64,000 nt of DNA from Spirochaetia bacterium (GCA_963668315.1 OY764216.1:4576001-4640000); one strand, 5' to 3'; counted from the first letter of the stretch, positions 10,820 to 20,722 are shown. Notes: generated from the letters alone by a model not told the origin. A program made the numbers and translations.

Positions 10820-10840
10820 AGACCGGAAGTTTTCCGGTCT
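10820..10840. terminator. Hairpin between convergent genes
   Basis: agaccggaa-gtt-ttccggtct. Confidence 0.5.
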
Positions 10841-10880
10841 TCTATTATAAATGGGAACCTTTGATATATCGGTCTCAATT

Positions 10881-11309
10881 CTAGGAATGAAATAGATCCA
10901 ATAATTCCTCTTTATTGTTTACTGAATCATATAGATTCAACATATACTTATTATCTATTTCTGAACGATGAAAGCTCAAAGAATGATTAGCGGAATTATA
11001 AGTAATATTATCTGAGTTTGAAATTAATACAAATACTACCGCAGTACATATCTTCAGTGCTTTCTCGTTTTTTAAAACATCATCTGTAGTATTAATTACT
11101 AAACAATAGGGTTCTTCATCAGTCTTAAGGTAAAAACCATTGTATTCAAGTTCTAGTAGGGACAGAATGTTTCCAATAGCGGCTGCATTACCAATATATG
11201 ACCCTTTATATTCCATTAACAAATCATATGTATCTTTTTCATTCCCAGAATCAAAACATCCAGCCAATAGAACAAGCATAAAAACAATCAATAGAGAATA
11301 TCTTTTCAT
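10881..11309 (-). CDS. DUF4825-like lipoprotein
   Basis: Lipobox LLAG-C; YKGSYIGN, LKTDEEPY and FVLISN motifs; AT-rich. Confidence 0.8.
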   Translation of the reverse strand: MKRYSLLIVFMLVLLAGCFDSGNEKDTYDLLMEYKGSYIGNAAAIGNILSLLELEYNGFYLKTDEEPYCLVINTTDDVLKNEKALKICTAVVFVLISNSDNITYNSANHSLSFHRSEIDNKYMLNLYDSVNNKEELLDLFHS

Positions 11310-11370
11310 GATTATATTTTACAACTTTTCTATTATTGATAATAGTATGGGAAGAATAATACTTCCCCTA

Positions 11371-11553
11371 TTACACCAAGAAAATGACACCAAAATTCAG
11401 GTATAATATGATATCTATTGACATCATCTGCTATTTTATTTCCCCTCCCCTCTTCCCTAAATCGAAACATATGCTATAATTAGACAACACTTGATAGAAA
11501 TGCAGGACGGCCTCATAACCCGAAGGCCGGAGGTTCGAGTCCTTCCCCTGCTA
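11371..11553 (+). mobile_element. attR-like island end: T(T/G)ACACCAA arm-type repeats plus the 3' half of tRNA-fMet
   Basis: ttacaccaagaaaatgacaccaaaa at 11371; ctcataacccgaaggccggaggttcgagtccttcccctgcta at 11512-11553; 11371-11529 is repeated at 45748-45906. Confidence 0.85.
11512..11553 (+). pseudogene. 3' fragment of initiator tRNA-Met(CAT)
   Basis: CTCATAA anticodon loop, CCCGA stem strand, GGAGG-TTCGAGT-CCTTC T-arm, CCCTGCT-A acceptor strand; no D-arm upstream. Confidence 0.88.
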
Positions 11554-11560
11554 AATTATT

Positions 11561-11593
11561 AAAGAGTAAGGTTTTAACCTTACTCTTTTTTTT
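11561..11593 (+). terminator. Rho-independent terminator after the tRNA fragment
   Basis: aaagagtaaggtt/aaccttactcttt perfect stem plus T-run. Confidence 0.85.
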
Positions 11594-11646
11594 GTTATAA
11601 TCACACAGTTAGGTCGAAATCTGACAGTATTAGTGACAACAGAAAC

Positions 11647-11782
11647 GGGGGAAAGGCTCGAAACGCAAGAAGCGCCGACCCGTGGGAGGAAGAGCGCACA
11701 GGACGTGCGCGGCAGCGACTGGAGGCGCCTGGAGCGAGGAAGCAGGATGCTGACGAGTGCAAGGCGAGTCCTTCCCCTGCTA
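11647..11782. repeat. GC-rich tRNA-linked palindromic element
   Basis: Ends in a second copy of cgagtccttcccctgcta (11765-11782) and starts with an imperfect inverted copy; internal hairpins gcgcac-aggac-gtgcgc and agca-gga-tgct. Confidence 0.7.
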
Positions 11783-11902
11783 AATATTATTATTTCTTTT
11801 GTAGAAAAGAAATATGATACTAACTACCGGAAGACCAGCGTTTCTATCAAAATCCAGTTACACCAAGAATGACACCAAAACCATTCTTGTAAGGGAGTTG
11901 AT

Positions 11903-11943
11903 ATGAACCGCCGGTCTTTCTATTTATACCGACGAAATTCCGA
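11903..11943 (+). pseudogene. Probable N-terminal stub of the island integrase, cut by IS256
   Basis: RBS agggag + ATG, MNRRSFYLYRRNS, right after the arm-type repeats at 11858-11878; the frame does not resume after the IS. Confidence 0.35.
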
Positions 11944-13238
11944 TAAAGCAACCCTTTTGTCTGTAAAATCAGAAAAGGTTAATCAGTCTCCATATTCAAG
12001 TATCGCTTGCCAGTAAGCCATTGTTCATCTATTTCCATTAACAGAGCGGCTATCAAACGATCAACGGATTTCCTGTTTGGAAATATCATGGCTACCCTTG
12101 TTCTCCTCTTTATTTCTTTCATCTGGCGTTCTGCCAGATTTGAAGTTCTTAACCGTCGCCAGTGAGTCCTTGGCATTGAAAATACAGTCAGAGATTCTGG
12201 GATATTTTCATCCATCCAGCGGCTCAGATTGGGTGCGGTTACTTCATATTTTTTCACAGCCATGGAAAGAAAGCGTTTTGCTTCTACCCCATTGGGGGCG
12301 TTAAAAATAGTTCTGATATCTTCTGCTACCTCCTTTTCCATGCTTTTCTTAGGGACATGGTGGGATGCATTCTGTTGGAGATGAAACTGACAACGCCGCC
12401 AGGGGACCGTAGGAAAAACGGCCTCTATTGCCAATTTCAGACCACTGTGTGCATCAGAGGTTATTATTCTGATTCCATGCAGTCCTCGATCAACCTGTCC
12501 AGACAGAAACTTTCTCCAATGAACATCAGCCTCGCTGAGTTCTGTTGAAATCCCAAGAACTCTTCTCATCCCTTTATTATCAATACCATAGGCAATTAGA
12601 ACAGCAGCAGAGACCACCGCTCTATCAACACGAGCTTTTTCGTAAGTGGCATCTACAATGAGATAGCGGAAAGCTCCCAGTGGACGATTCGCCATTTGGA
12701 AATTTCCTCATCTAGCATGGTCGTTGCCTCTGACACCTGAGATTGAGAAACCTCGAAACCGCAGAGCTGCTCAACAATTTTAGTTACTCGGCGAGTGGAT
12801 ACGCCTTGAATTACATCTGAGCAATGGCCATTTTCAGCGCTCTTTCGCTACGGCACCCCTTTTCAATACTGCCTGGATAGAATTCCATCCCGCGGACCTG
12901 TGGTATCTCGATAGGGATCTCGCCGACTCGAGTCCGAATCTTCCTGCTCTTGTACCCGTTTCTATGGCCAATACGATCGTCATTCCGTTCATAATGACTG
13001 GCTTTAATTGCCTTTTCTTGCTCTAACCGCATGGATAAATTCATTATTGAACTTATGACCTTTGTTAATCCTTCTCTATTATCTGCCTGGAGATCTTCAA
13101 TCATCTGATCGAAAACGCTATAATAATCTTCGTTAGTCATGATGCCTCAATTTGTTTTTCGTCGAACTAATCGAAGACTGATTGACTAACTTTTTCAAGC
13201 CCCCTTTATTTCTAATTTACAGACAGAATTGTACACTA
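11944..13238 (-). mobile_element. IS256-family insertion sequence, inactive
   Basis: Imperfect terminal IRs sharing tgtctgtaaa; about 1.3 kb; no target duplication evident. Confidence 0.88.
11979..13140 (-). pseudogene. IS256-family transposase with two frameshifts
   Basis: RNGY, IPQVR, GVSTRRV (in a third frame), DATY.K, SDAH.GL, RCQFH, RTSN..ER motifs; breaks near 12811 and 12692. Confidence 0.92.
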
Positions 13239-13429
13239 GCCCCTACTCCACAAGAGATTCCTCTGGCTATTCTCTCCGTATTGTCCATTCGGGAAGAGTT
13301 AAACCATTAATCCTTTACCCATCTTTTTAGAAAAAGCCTACTAACAGCGGTTTAATATCCGCCAGCAAGAATAGACAATAATGGCCTGCTACTAAGCAGG
13401 AAATTATACAACTAACGGAAGAAAAGCAA

Positions 13430-13927
13430 TCAGATCTCATCCATAATCTGTTTTGTCCAGTCAGATATTCGATCATCACTCAAATCGGCCTGATTATCTT
13501 CATCGAGAGCCAGGCCGATGAAAGCACCACCTTTCACGGCTTTTGATTCTGTAAAATGATACCCATCAGAAGACCAGGCGCCAATGAAATTGGCTCCCGT
13601 TCCGGACAGGGATTCGTAAAGGATTCCCATGGCGTCTACATAAGTATCTTCATAACTTTCCTGATCTCCCAATCCGAAAAATCCAACTTTCTTCCCGTTC
13701 AGGTCCAGTTTACCCAGATCCCCAGATATAGCCTCCCAGTCATCCTGCAAATCCCCGAATCCCCATGTGGATGTCCCCATAAGAACCACATCATAACCGC
13801 TTAACTGAGAAAGGGAATTTCTATCGGCCCCCATTAGATCAGCGTCTCCCAGAGCAGCTTGAATTCTCTCCGCAGCCTGCTGAGTGTTACCTGTGGTAGA
13901 TCCATAAATAATTGCAATTCTTGACAT
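13430..13927 (-). CDS. fldA: Long-chain flavodoxin
   Basis: YGSTTGNT, STWG.GDLQDDW, FGLGDQ, GLALDEDNQ motifs. Confidence 0.95.
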   Translation of the reverse strand: MSRIAIIYGSTTGNTQQAAERIQAALGDADLMGADRNSLSQLSGYDVVLMGTSTWGFGDLQDDWEAISGDLGKLDLNGKKVGFFGLGDQESYEDTYVDAMGILYESLSGTGANFIGAWSSDGYHFTESKAVKGGAFIGLALDEDNQADLSDDRISDWTKQIMDEI

Positions 13928-13939
13928 TATATACTCCTC

Positions 13940-14278
13940 TTATACTACCCTCTTAAAAGAGGGAATTGTTTTTCTTTTCAAATATCGCTGACATTGCTGC
14001 AAGCGGCCATAACCAAGCATGGTTCCGAGAATAAAATCTTCTTCGCATGTGAATTCATTCAGAGGCTTATAGCCGAAGCTGGTGATAATATCCACACAAG
14101 CCTGTTCCCCAAAAAAGATATTTATTTTCTTATTGCTTAATTTCCGGATAAGGTAAGGAATCTTGTTCTGAATAAGTTTTTTCTCAGCCTGCTCTTCATA
14201 GGGAGAAGGTAATGTATGAAGGACAAGACTTCTCAATCCTTTTTTATATTCGTATATATGATGATAAAATACTTTCAT
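13940..14278 (-). CDS. DUF2023 family protein
   Basis: MKVFYHHIYEYKKGLR.LVL.T and EEDFILGTMLGY; RBS ggaggag; sits next to flavodoxin. Confidence 0.85.
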   Translation of the reverse strand: MKVFYHHIYEYKKGLRSLVLHTLPSPYEEQAEKKLIQNKIPYLIRKLSNKKINIFFGEQACVDIITSFGYKPLNEFTCEEDFILGTMLGYGRLQQCQRYLKRKTIPSFKRVV

Positions 14279-14539
14279 AATCTCCTCCCCAAAAAACAAA
14301 AAGTGGTCTCCTTTACCACAATCTGTCGGAGACTCCCTTTACACCCGTAACAAGATCATACATATTTACAGGTATTTTAGCATATCTACCTTTATTAGTC
14401 TATCCTATTTTTTATTATTATTTATACATGCCACACTATGATATTCTATATTAACATTATTAGTTGACACTATATTTTATTTAACATAAGATCTTTGCAA
14501 TAATCTATTCTAATTTATTAAATATAAGGAGAATTTCTT

Positions 14540-15562
14540 ATGGAAAAACCTATCCTACTATTAGGGCTGATGCTCCCCTGCCTGCTCTTTTCCAACGGTC
14601 AGTCAGAGAAGTATTTTGGAGAAGCAGGTAAAATCACCGCCTACATTTCCGGTCCAGAGAATATGCTTAAAGCCCTTGAAGCAGCCTTCGAAGAAGACCG
14701 GGGAGATGTTATCGATTTTGTACAAATGGGCTGTGGTCCGCTCAGGCAGAGGATCTGGGCGGAGTGGGAATCGGGGCAAATACGAGCTGATCTATTTTGG
14801 GGATCGGATCCTCTTATCTATAACAGGCTTGACGATGAGGGAGCCCTGGAAGAGTATCATTCTCCTGCCCTGGATATGGTTAAGGAGGATTACCAGACGG
14901 AAAGGAACTATACATTTGTCAGCGAAAGATACGGAGTTATTATCTATAACGAGGATCTCCTTGCCGAAAATCCCGTTCCTGTCTCCTACAATTCTCTCCT
15001 CGAAGCTCAGTACAAGAACCTGGTCATTCAAGCCGATCCCGCCCAATCTTCTACCGCTTTAGCCATTACAGCCTGTCTCTGGTTAATGAAGGGAGAAAAT
15101 TGGGATTTCTACAAAGGACTGGTGGAGAATCAGTCCCTTATGCTGGCCAAAAAGAACAGCGACGTTCCTTCCCGCATACAAGAGGGAGAGTTCCTGGCAG
15201 GTATTGCACCCCACGATGCGGTGCTGAGGCTGCAGAAGAAGGCAAAGAGCGAGGGTTATCCCATGCCGCTTAAGATATCCTGGCCCCAAGAAGGAGCCAT
15301 GGCCATCGTACGGCCCATCGCTATCAGTAAAAATGAGGCCCGTCCGGAAGTCAACAAACAGCTGACCCATGAATTTATAGACTTTCTACTTAGCCAGCAG
15401 GCGCAAAAAATTACTTCAAATTCCGGATTCGTCAGTGTGAGAAAAGATATTCCCGCACCCGTGTGGCTTCCTGAAAGTACAGTAATAAACAGAATGGACT
15501 GGGAATTCCTCGGTGAAAATCAGGAAGAAGTGAGACAGAGTTTCAATGCTCTTTTTGAATAA
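14540..15562 (+). CDS. ABC transporter substrate-binding protein (Fe3+/AfuA-like)
   Basis: Signal peptide, ADLFWG, DP..SS, FIDFLLS..AQ motifs. Confidence 0.85.
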   Translation: MEKPILLLGLMLPCLLFSNGQSEKYFGEAGKITAYISGPENMLKALEAAFEEDRGDVIDFVQMGCGPLRQRIWAEWESGQIRADLFWGSDPLIYNRLDDEGALEEYHSPALDMVKEDYQTERNYTFVSERYGVIIYNEDLLAENPVPVSYNSLLEAQYKNLVIQADPAQSSTALAITACLWLMKGENWDFYKGLVENQSLMLAKKNSDVPSRIQEGEFLAGIAPHDAVLRLQKKAKSEGYPMPLKISWPQEGAMAIVRPIAISKNEARPEVNKQLTHEFIDFLLSQQAQKITSNSGFVSVRKDIPAPVWLPESTVINRMDWEFLGENQEEVRQSFNALFE

Positions 15563-17189
15563 GAAAAAGAGACATCCGACGGTATTGCTTCCTGTTGTCA
15601 TATTTCTCTGCCTTTTTATTATATATCCCCTTTTCCGACTCTTTCTGGAATCTCTCGGAGAGGGGATCTTAACTTGGGATAGAAGTGTAACAGTAGCGGT
15701 TCTTAATACTCTTGCAGTCAGTACGCTAACGACAATCCTGACGATTTCCCTATCCGCCCCCCTGGCATGGCTTACAGCGCGAACGGATATTCCCGGTAAA
15801 AAACTGATTGAAAAACAGGTATGGCTGACATTTTCCGTTCCCGCCTATATCCTGGGAATCGCATGGATCGAACTACTCGGAAGAAACGGTTACCTTTTTC
15901 GTCTACTGAAGGAAGGCATGAAATATTCCAATTGGTCTTTTCCCTGCTATTCCCTCGGTGCTGTTATTGTAATTCTCTCCATTCATCTTTACCCCCTCGT
16001 TTTTATGAGTTTGCTTCCTCTATTCAGGTATCAGGATCCTAACCGGGAACAGGCCGCGGCGCTTTGCGGTTTTCCGCCCCTATCCCGCTTTTTCAGGATA
16101 ACCCTTCCCCTGATATCCCCCGGTCTGACGGCGGCCGGCCTCATGGTTTTCTCCCGCAGTGCGGCTAATTTTTCCATCCCCGCCCTTCTCGCCCTTCCTA
16201 TAAGAAAGGAAGTGCTGACCACCAAAATCTTTTCGGCATTAAGCCGATTGGATGTGGGAAAAGCCTCTTTCTACTCTTTTGTGCTTATGGGGATCTCCGC
16301 CCTGCTTTTTATGTTTCAGCAAAAAATGCTGTTGGGAAAAAACTATACCTCCGAATCAAGAACCCAGAGGGAAGACATAGTAAAATTGGGGAAATTGCGG
16401 TATCCCCTTTTTTTTCTCCTATCCCTCTTCCAGTTTTCCACAGGAATACTCCCGGTGGCGGTTCTTATTATCTCTTCCTTTCTCAAAAGGTGGGGACTCC
16501 CGCTCACCAGAGAGTTTCTTACCTTACATAATTACAAAGCTCTTTTTTCCGGAGAAACCAAAGCACTGATGGCCCTGGGAAATAGTTTGACCTACGGTAT
16601 CATTGCGGTAATAATAGCGGGAACAGCGGCTCTTATCGTTTCCTACTATTCGGTTTATCATCCCTCGCGTATAACCGGATTCGCGGAAGGGACAGCCGGC
16701 CTTCCCCTGGCTGTTCCCAACATCGTTCTAGCCATGGGGGCTATTCTGTCCTGGAATAATTCAGTGTTTCCCCTTTACGGCACATCATGGGCCATTATTC
16801 TGACCTATGCGGCTCTTTTTTTACCTATAATGTTGAAAAATATCACCGGTCTTATGAATTCCATTAAAAAAAACACGATTCAGGCCGCCCGTCTTGCCGG
16901 CGCTAGTTCGTTCCGCTCTCTCTGGGACATTCTTATTCCCCTTCTCATCCCGGGATTGGAAGCGGGAGTAATGGTCTGCCTGCTGATTGCCCTTCGCGAA
17001 ATTCCCATATCCCTTATGCTTTACTCCTCGGGACAGGAAACTCTGGGGATACTTCTTTTCGGCATGCAATCCCAATCCTACGGATTAGAAATGACTTCAA
17101 CCCTGGCCGTTTTTATTATTGTACTAACGATGACCGGGCAGAGTCTGGGAAGGAAAATAAAAAAGAACATGAGGAAAATCTATGCTTAA
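15546..17189 (+). CDS. Fe3+-type ABC permease (FbpB/AfuB-like)
   Basis: Duplicated permease with two EAA-like loops (EQAAALCG, QAARLAGA). Confidence 0.88.
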   Translation: MLFLNKKKRHPTVLLPVVIFLCLFIIYPLFRLFLESLGEGILTWDRSVTVAVLNTLAVSTLTTILTISLSAPLAWLTARTDIPGKKLIEKQVWLTFSVPAYILGIAWIELLGRNGYLFRLLKEGMKYSNWSFPCYSLGAVIVILSIHLYPLVFMSLLPLFRYQDPNREQAAALCGFPPLSRFFRITLPLISPGLTAAGLMVFSRSAANFSIPALLALPIRKEVLTTKIFSALSRLDVGKASFYSFVLMGISALLFMFQQKMLLGKNYTSESRTQREDIVKLGKLRYPLFFLLSLFQFSTGILPVAVLIISSFLKRWGLPLTREFLTLHNYKALFSGETKALMALGNSLTYGIIAVIIAGTAALIVSYYSVYHPSRITGFAEGTAGLPLAVPNIVLAMGAILSWNNSVFPLYGTSWAIILTYAALFLPIMLKNITGLMNSIKKNTIQAARLAGASSFRSLWDILIPLLIPGLEAGVMVCLLIALREIPISLMLYSSGQETLGILLFGMQSQSYGLEMTSTLAVFIIVLTMTGQSLGRKIKKNMRKIYA

Positions 17190-18264
17190 AATTGAATCAC
17201 TGACGATTAAATATGGGGATTATACCGCCTTAACTGACTTTTCAACAGAAATCCCCGACCATAGGATAACAACCGTGCTCGGTCCAAGCGGATGCGGAAA
17301 AAGCACGCTCCTCGGAGGAATTGCCGGAATTCGACAGCCTCTGAAGGGACGGATAAATCTCAACGGCAGAGTATTCTATGACGGCTGTAGAGAAATCAGT
17401 CTTCCTCCGGAAAAAAGAAATATCGGTTTCGTTTTTCAGGATTACGCTCTTTGGCCCCACTTGACTCTGGCAAAAAATCTCGATTATCCCCTGCGTGTCC
17501 GAAAAATAGACAGAAATAAAAGAAAAGAAGCCCTTGCATCCGTTCTGGACCTTATTCGCCTTAAAGGAAAAGAACACCGCTATCCCCATGAAATGAGCGG
17601 AGGAGAACAACAGAGGGCCGCACTGGGCCGTGCCCTTATTACTATGCCGGATCTTCTGATTATGGACGAGCCCCTCAGTAATCTCGACGCACTACTCCGA
17701 GAGGAGATGCAGGAGGAAATCAGGGCCCTGCAAAAAAAACTTCGCCTGACAATTCTCCATGTGACCCATGATCAGTCGGAAGCCCTGGCTATGAGCGACC
17801 ATATCATCCTGATGAACCAAGGCCGGTTGGAACAGGAGGGACCGGCCCGCTGGATCTACAGGAAACCGGCGAATTCCTTTTGTGCCGATTTCCTGGGCAA
17901 AAGCAACTTGATAGAAGGGGAAATCATACGGCGGGACGGGTTTGACTGTTTCTCCTGCGGGGGAAAGATATTCTCCCTTCCCCCCGGAGTTTTACATTCC
18001 GCCGGGACTATTATAGATCGGGCCAAAGGACTATTTTCTCTTCGTCCTGAAGATATTCAGATGAAAGAAGGAAGTAGCCAAAAACTTTTCCTGGAGGCGG
18101 GATGGGGGATTATCAGTCATATAACCTACAAAGGCCCCTATTCCCTTTATCACGTACAATGGGAAAATCATGATCTCCGTATATGGGACAGAACCGGCAT
18201 AGCTTATAAGGAGGGAGACACTGTTCCCCTCCAGTTCAAGCGGCTTGTCCGTCTGGAAAGATAG
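17182..18264 (+). CDS. ABC ATP-binding protein (FbpC/PotA-like)
   Basis: GPSGCGKST, MSGGEQQR, DEPLSNLD, VTHDQ.EA, TOBE-like tail. Confidence 0.93.
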   Translation: MLKIESLTIKYGDYTALTDFSTEIPDHRITTVLGPSGCGKSTLLGGIAGIRQPLKGRINLNGRVFYDGCREISLPPEKRNIGFVFQDYALWPHLTLAKNLDYPLRVRKIDRNKRKEALASVLDLIRLKGKEHRYPHEMSGGEQQRAALGRALITMPDLLIMDEPLSNLDALLREEMQEEIRALQKKLRLTILHVTHDQSEALAMSDHIILMNQGRLEQEGPARWIYRKPANSFCADFLGKSNLIEGEIIRRDGFDCFSCGGKIFSLPPGVLHSAGTIIDRAKGLFSLRPEDIQMKEGSSQKLFLEAGWGIISHITYKGPYSLYHVQWENHDLRIWDRTGIAYKEGDTVPLQFKRLVRLER

Positions 18265-18383
18265 TCTCTTCCTCCGAATTGTTCAACTCTCTGCATCATC
18301 TGTTATCTCTTCTTAGGAGAACCTTGTATTGTCCGGCTAGTTATTACGCTTTTCTAAAAATCAAAAATTGTTTCGCTCTTAAC

Positions 18384-18438
18384 TTGACAGTTGCAGAGAG
18401 AGGGGTTACAATACAAATGAAAATGATTTTCATTTTCA
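18384..18438 (+). promoter_or_regulatory. Sigma70 promoter and Fur-type box
   Basis: TTGACA(18384)-17 bp-TACAAT(18407); palindrome aatgaaaatgattttcatt at 18416. Confidence 0.8.
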
Positions 18439-18451
18439 AAGGAATTAAACA

Positions 18452-18931
18452 ATGAGACATGGTTACGGAAATGGACAGGGACGCGGTCGTCAATGGGGCA
18501 GACAGCTTGAAAACCACGGAATACGGCCTACGGCCGCCCGGGAACTGGTATTCTCTGTCATGAGGGAAACCAGGGAGCATTTAAGCGCGGACGATGTTTT
18601 TCAGGAAGTGAGAAGGATAGAACCGGGAATCGGTCTTACTACGGTATACCGGAGCCTTGAATTGCTCTATCAAAATGGCCTCGTGAAAAAATACGATTTC
18701 GGAGACGGAAGGGCTGTTTTTGAACTGAACGATAAATACAGCGGCAAAGGCCCCCATCACCATCTTATCTGCCGGAAGTGCGGAAAGATTCAAGATCTGA
18801 CCAGTTGTCTCTCTGAAGAGAGGTCTTTTACCGATACAATGAAAATCTGTATCGAATCGGAATATCAGTTTGCGGCGGAAGAAACAGTTATCCGTGTATA
18901 CGGCCTCTGTTCGGACTGCCGAAAAGAGTAA
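18452..18931 (+). CDS. Fur family transcriptional regulator
   Basis: HLSA, TVYRSL, HHHLICxxC, C-terminal CxxC. Confidence 0.95.
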   Translation: MRHGYGNGQGRGRQWGRQLENHGIRPTAARELVFSVMRETREHLSADDVFQEVRRIEPGIGLTTVYRSLELLYQNGLVKKYDFGDGRAVFELNDKYSGKGPHHHLICRKCGKIQDLTSCLSEERSFTDTMKICIESEYQFAAEETVIRVYGLCSDCRKE

Positions 18932-18946
18932 TTTTTTTTAAGTTTT

Positions 18947-18969
18947 AATGAAAATGATTTTCATTTTCA
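18947..18969 (+). promoter_or_regulatory. Second identical Fur-type box
   Basis: aatgaaaatgattttcattttca, identical to 18416-18438. Confidence 0.8.
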
Positions 18970-18994
18970 TGCAGTGTTATAAGGAGGTACAATT

Positions 18995-19333
18995 ATGGCA
19001 CGCGGAGATAGAAGAGGACCCGAAGGAAGAGGTCCGATGACAGGACGGGGCGCCGGTTACTGTTCCGGCAGCAGTGTTCCCGGATTTATGAACAAAGCTC
19101 CCCGCTGGGAACAAGGACTCGGTATGGGCCGGGGCAATCGCGGTATAGGGATGGGCAGAGGAATGGGCCGTGGATTCGGCTTTAGCGCTTATCTTACCCA
19201 GGGGGGAGACTACTACCCTACTCCCGTCGATGAACGGGAGATGCTGAAAAACGAGGCGGAAGGATTGAAAAAAAGCCTCGAGATCATTATAGCCCGCCTT
19301 GATGAGCTTGAAAAAAAGGATTCCGAATCCTGA
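18995..19333 (+). CDS. DUF5320 family Gly/Arg-rich protein
   Basis: GD..GP.G.GPMTGRGAGYC start, C-terminal coiled coil. Confidence 0.88.
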   Translation: MARGDRRGPEGRGPMTGRGAGYCSGSSVPGFMNKAPRWEQGLGMGRGNRGIGMGRGMGRGFGFSAYLTQGGDYYPTPVDEREMLKNEAEGLKKSLEIIIARLDELEKKDSES

Positions 19334-19361
19334 ACCGAATAGTTTCTGAAATGTAAAGAAT

Positions 19362-19399
19362 GAGGATTGTCCCGCAGCACAGATTGCCGGATAATCCTC
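19362..19399. terminator. Hairpin between convergent genes
   Basis: gaggattgtcc...ggataatcctc. Confidence 0.5.
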
Positions 19400-19401
19400 T
19401 G

Positions 19402-20058
19402 TTATTTAACGCATCTGAACCAGGCTATACTTTTCTCGCTTTCCAGATCCACAAAGGAATAGTATGATTCAAGTTTTTCCTTAAGTTCAGATTTCGTCAT
19501 AAAGGGAGGAGTGAACCATCCCTTTCTTGCAAGAACTTGCGAGACGACCAGATCGGTTGTTCTTTTCTCACCTTTTACATAGAAACATCCGGTGAAAACC
19601 CCTCCCTTTTTCAGAACCCGGGCCGTTTCTGAAAAGGCTTTTTCCTTTTCGGGAAAGGCATGAAATCCATTCATGGACAAGAGAATATCGAAACAGTCCC
19701 GGTTGAAGGGAAGCTTCCCCACATCTCCCCTCAAACAGCAGACATGGGCTAATCCGGCATTCTCAAAACGATCCCGGGCCTTCTCCAGCATCTCACTTGA
19801 ATAATCCAGGCAGATTATACGGCTTTCTTTTAGACGTTTGTAAGTTTCGCAGGTGAAAACAGCTGTTCCCGCGGGAACATCCAACAGGAGTCCGTCAAAG
19901 TTATCGGGGATATTCTTCAGAACCTCTTCGGCTATCACAAAATCGTCTACACCCCAGAAAAGTTTGATATAAAGTTTTGAGAGAATATTTGCCCTGGTCA
20001 ATACATCGTCATAGATGTTTTTTGATGCTCCATAGGTTTTTTCTATTTTATTTTTCAC
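19402..20058 (-). CDS. Class I SAM-dependent methyltransferase
   Basis: LLDVPAGT motif I, DYS..ML, GDV..LPF, RVLKKGG. Confidence 0.9.
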   Translation of the reverse strand: MKNKIEKTYGASKNIYDDVLTRANILSKLYIKLFWGVDDFVIAEEVLKNIPDNFDGLLLDVPAGTAVFTCETYKRLKESRIICLDYSSEMLEKARDRFENAGLAHVCCLRGDVGKLPFNRDCFDILLSMNGFHAFPEKEKAFSETARVLKKGGVFTGCFYVKGEKRTTDLVVSQVLARKGWFTPPFMTKSELKEKLESYYSFVDLESEKSIAWFRCVK

Positions 20059-20068
20059 AACTTGACTC

Positions 20069-20722
20069 CTAAACCACTAAGGGTGCTGGCGTTTTTATCT
20101 GACTGTTCTTGTTCTCCTCAATTTCACTGTTGACTCTGTTCAGGAGGGCATCTAACTCACAGGAAAGAGAAAGGAAGACGTCGCACGTTTCCGGGCATAA
20201 CTGCCGGGATGATTCACACTTTATAATACCAATAGCCTCATCCATTGAGAGTGCCTTACTATAGGGGCGTGAACTTGTCAGAGCGTCAAATGTATCAGCG
20301 ACGGCAATAATTCTGGCTCCGAAGGGTATGTCTTTCCCTGCCAGTCCAAGGGGATACCCCTTCCCGTCCCATCTCTCATGATGATGGCGGACATAAAGGG
20401 CTATTTTTTCCAGTGACGGGATATTCTTCACAATATTGTAGCCGATCTCGGAATGATTTTTTATAATTTCGAATTCAGAAAAACTCAGTTTTCCCGGCTT
20501 ATTAAGAATATTATCGGGTACGCCGATTTTCCCTATATCATGAAGATGGGCGGCGACATGGATGACATCTTTCCATTCCGGTGAGATTCCCATCTTCCCC
20601 ACGATACTTTCACAGAGAGCGGATACTCTCCAGGAATGGGCAAACGTATAGGGATCCCTGGAATCCAGGATTTTTACGACGACCTCCATAAGCTCATGTA
20701 TAGTATATGTTGTATCCAGCAT
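20069..20722 (-). CDS. HD-GYP cyclic dinucleotide phosphodiesterase
   Basis: HS.RV, LHDIGK, HHERWDG.GYP, AVAD.FDA. Confidence 0.93.
   Translation of the reverse strand: MLDTTYTIHELMEVVVKILDSRDPYTFAHSWRVSALCESIVGKMGISPEWKDVIHVAAHLHDIGKIGVPDNILNKPGKLSFSEFEIIKNHSEIGYNIVKNIPSLEKIALYVRHHHERWDGKGYPLGLAGKDIPFGARIIAVADTFDALTSSRPYSKALSMDEAIGIIKCESSRQLCPETCDVFLSLSCELDALLNRVNSEIEENKNSQIKTPAPLVV

Noticed and set aside
11480..11553. Complete tRNA-Met gene
   Set aside because: No D-arm or full 5' acceptor strand; only the 3' half matches
11633..11872. 79-aa ORF
   Set aside because: Overlies the palindromic element and arm repeats; likely spurious
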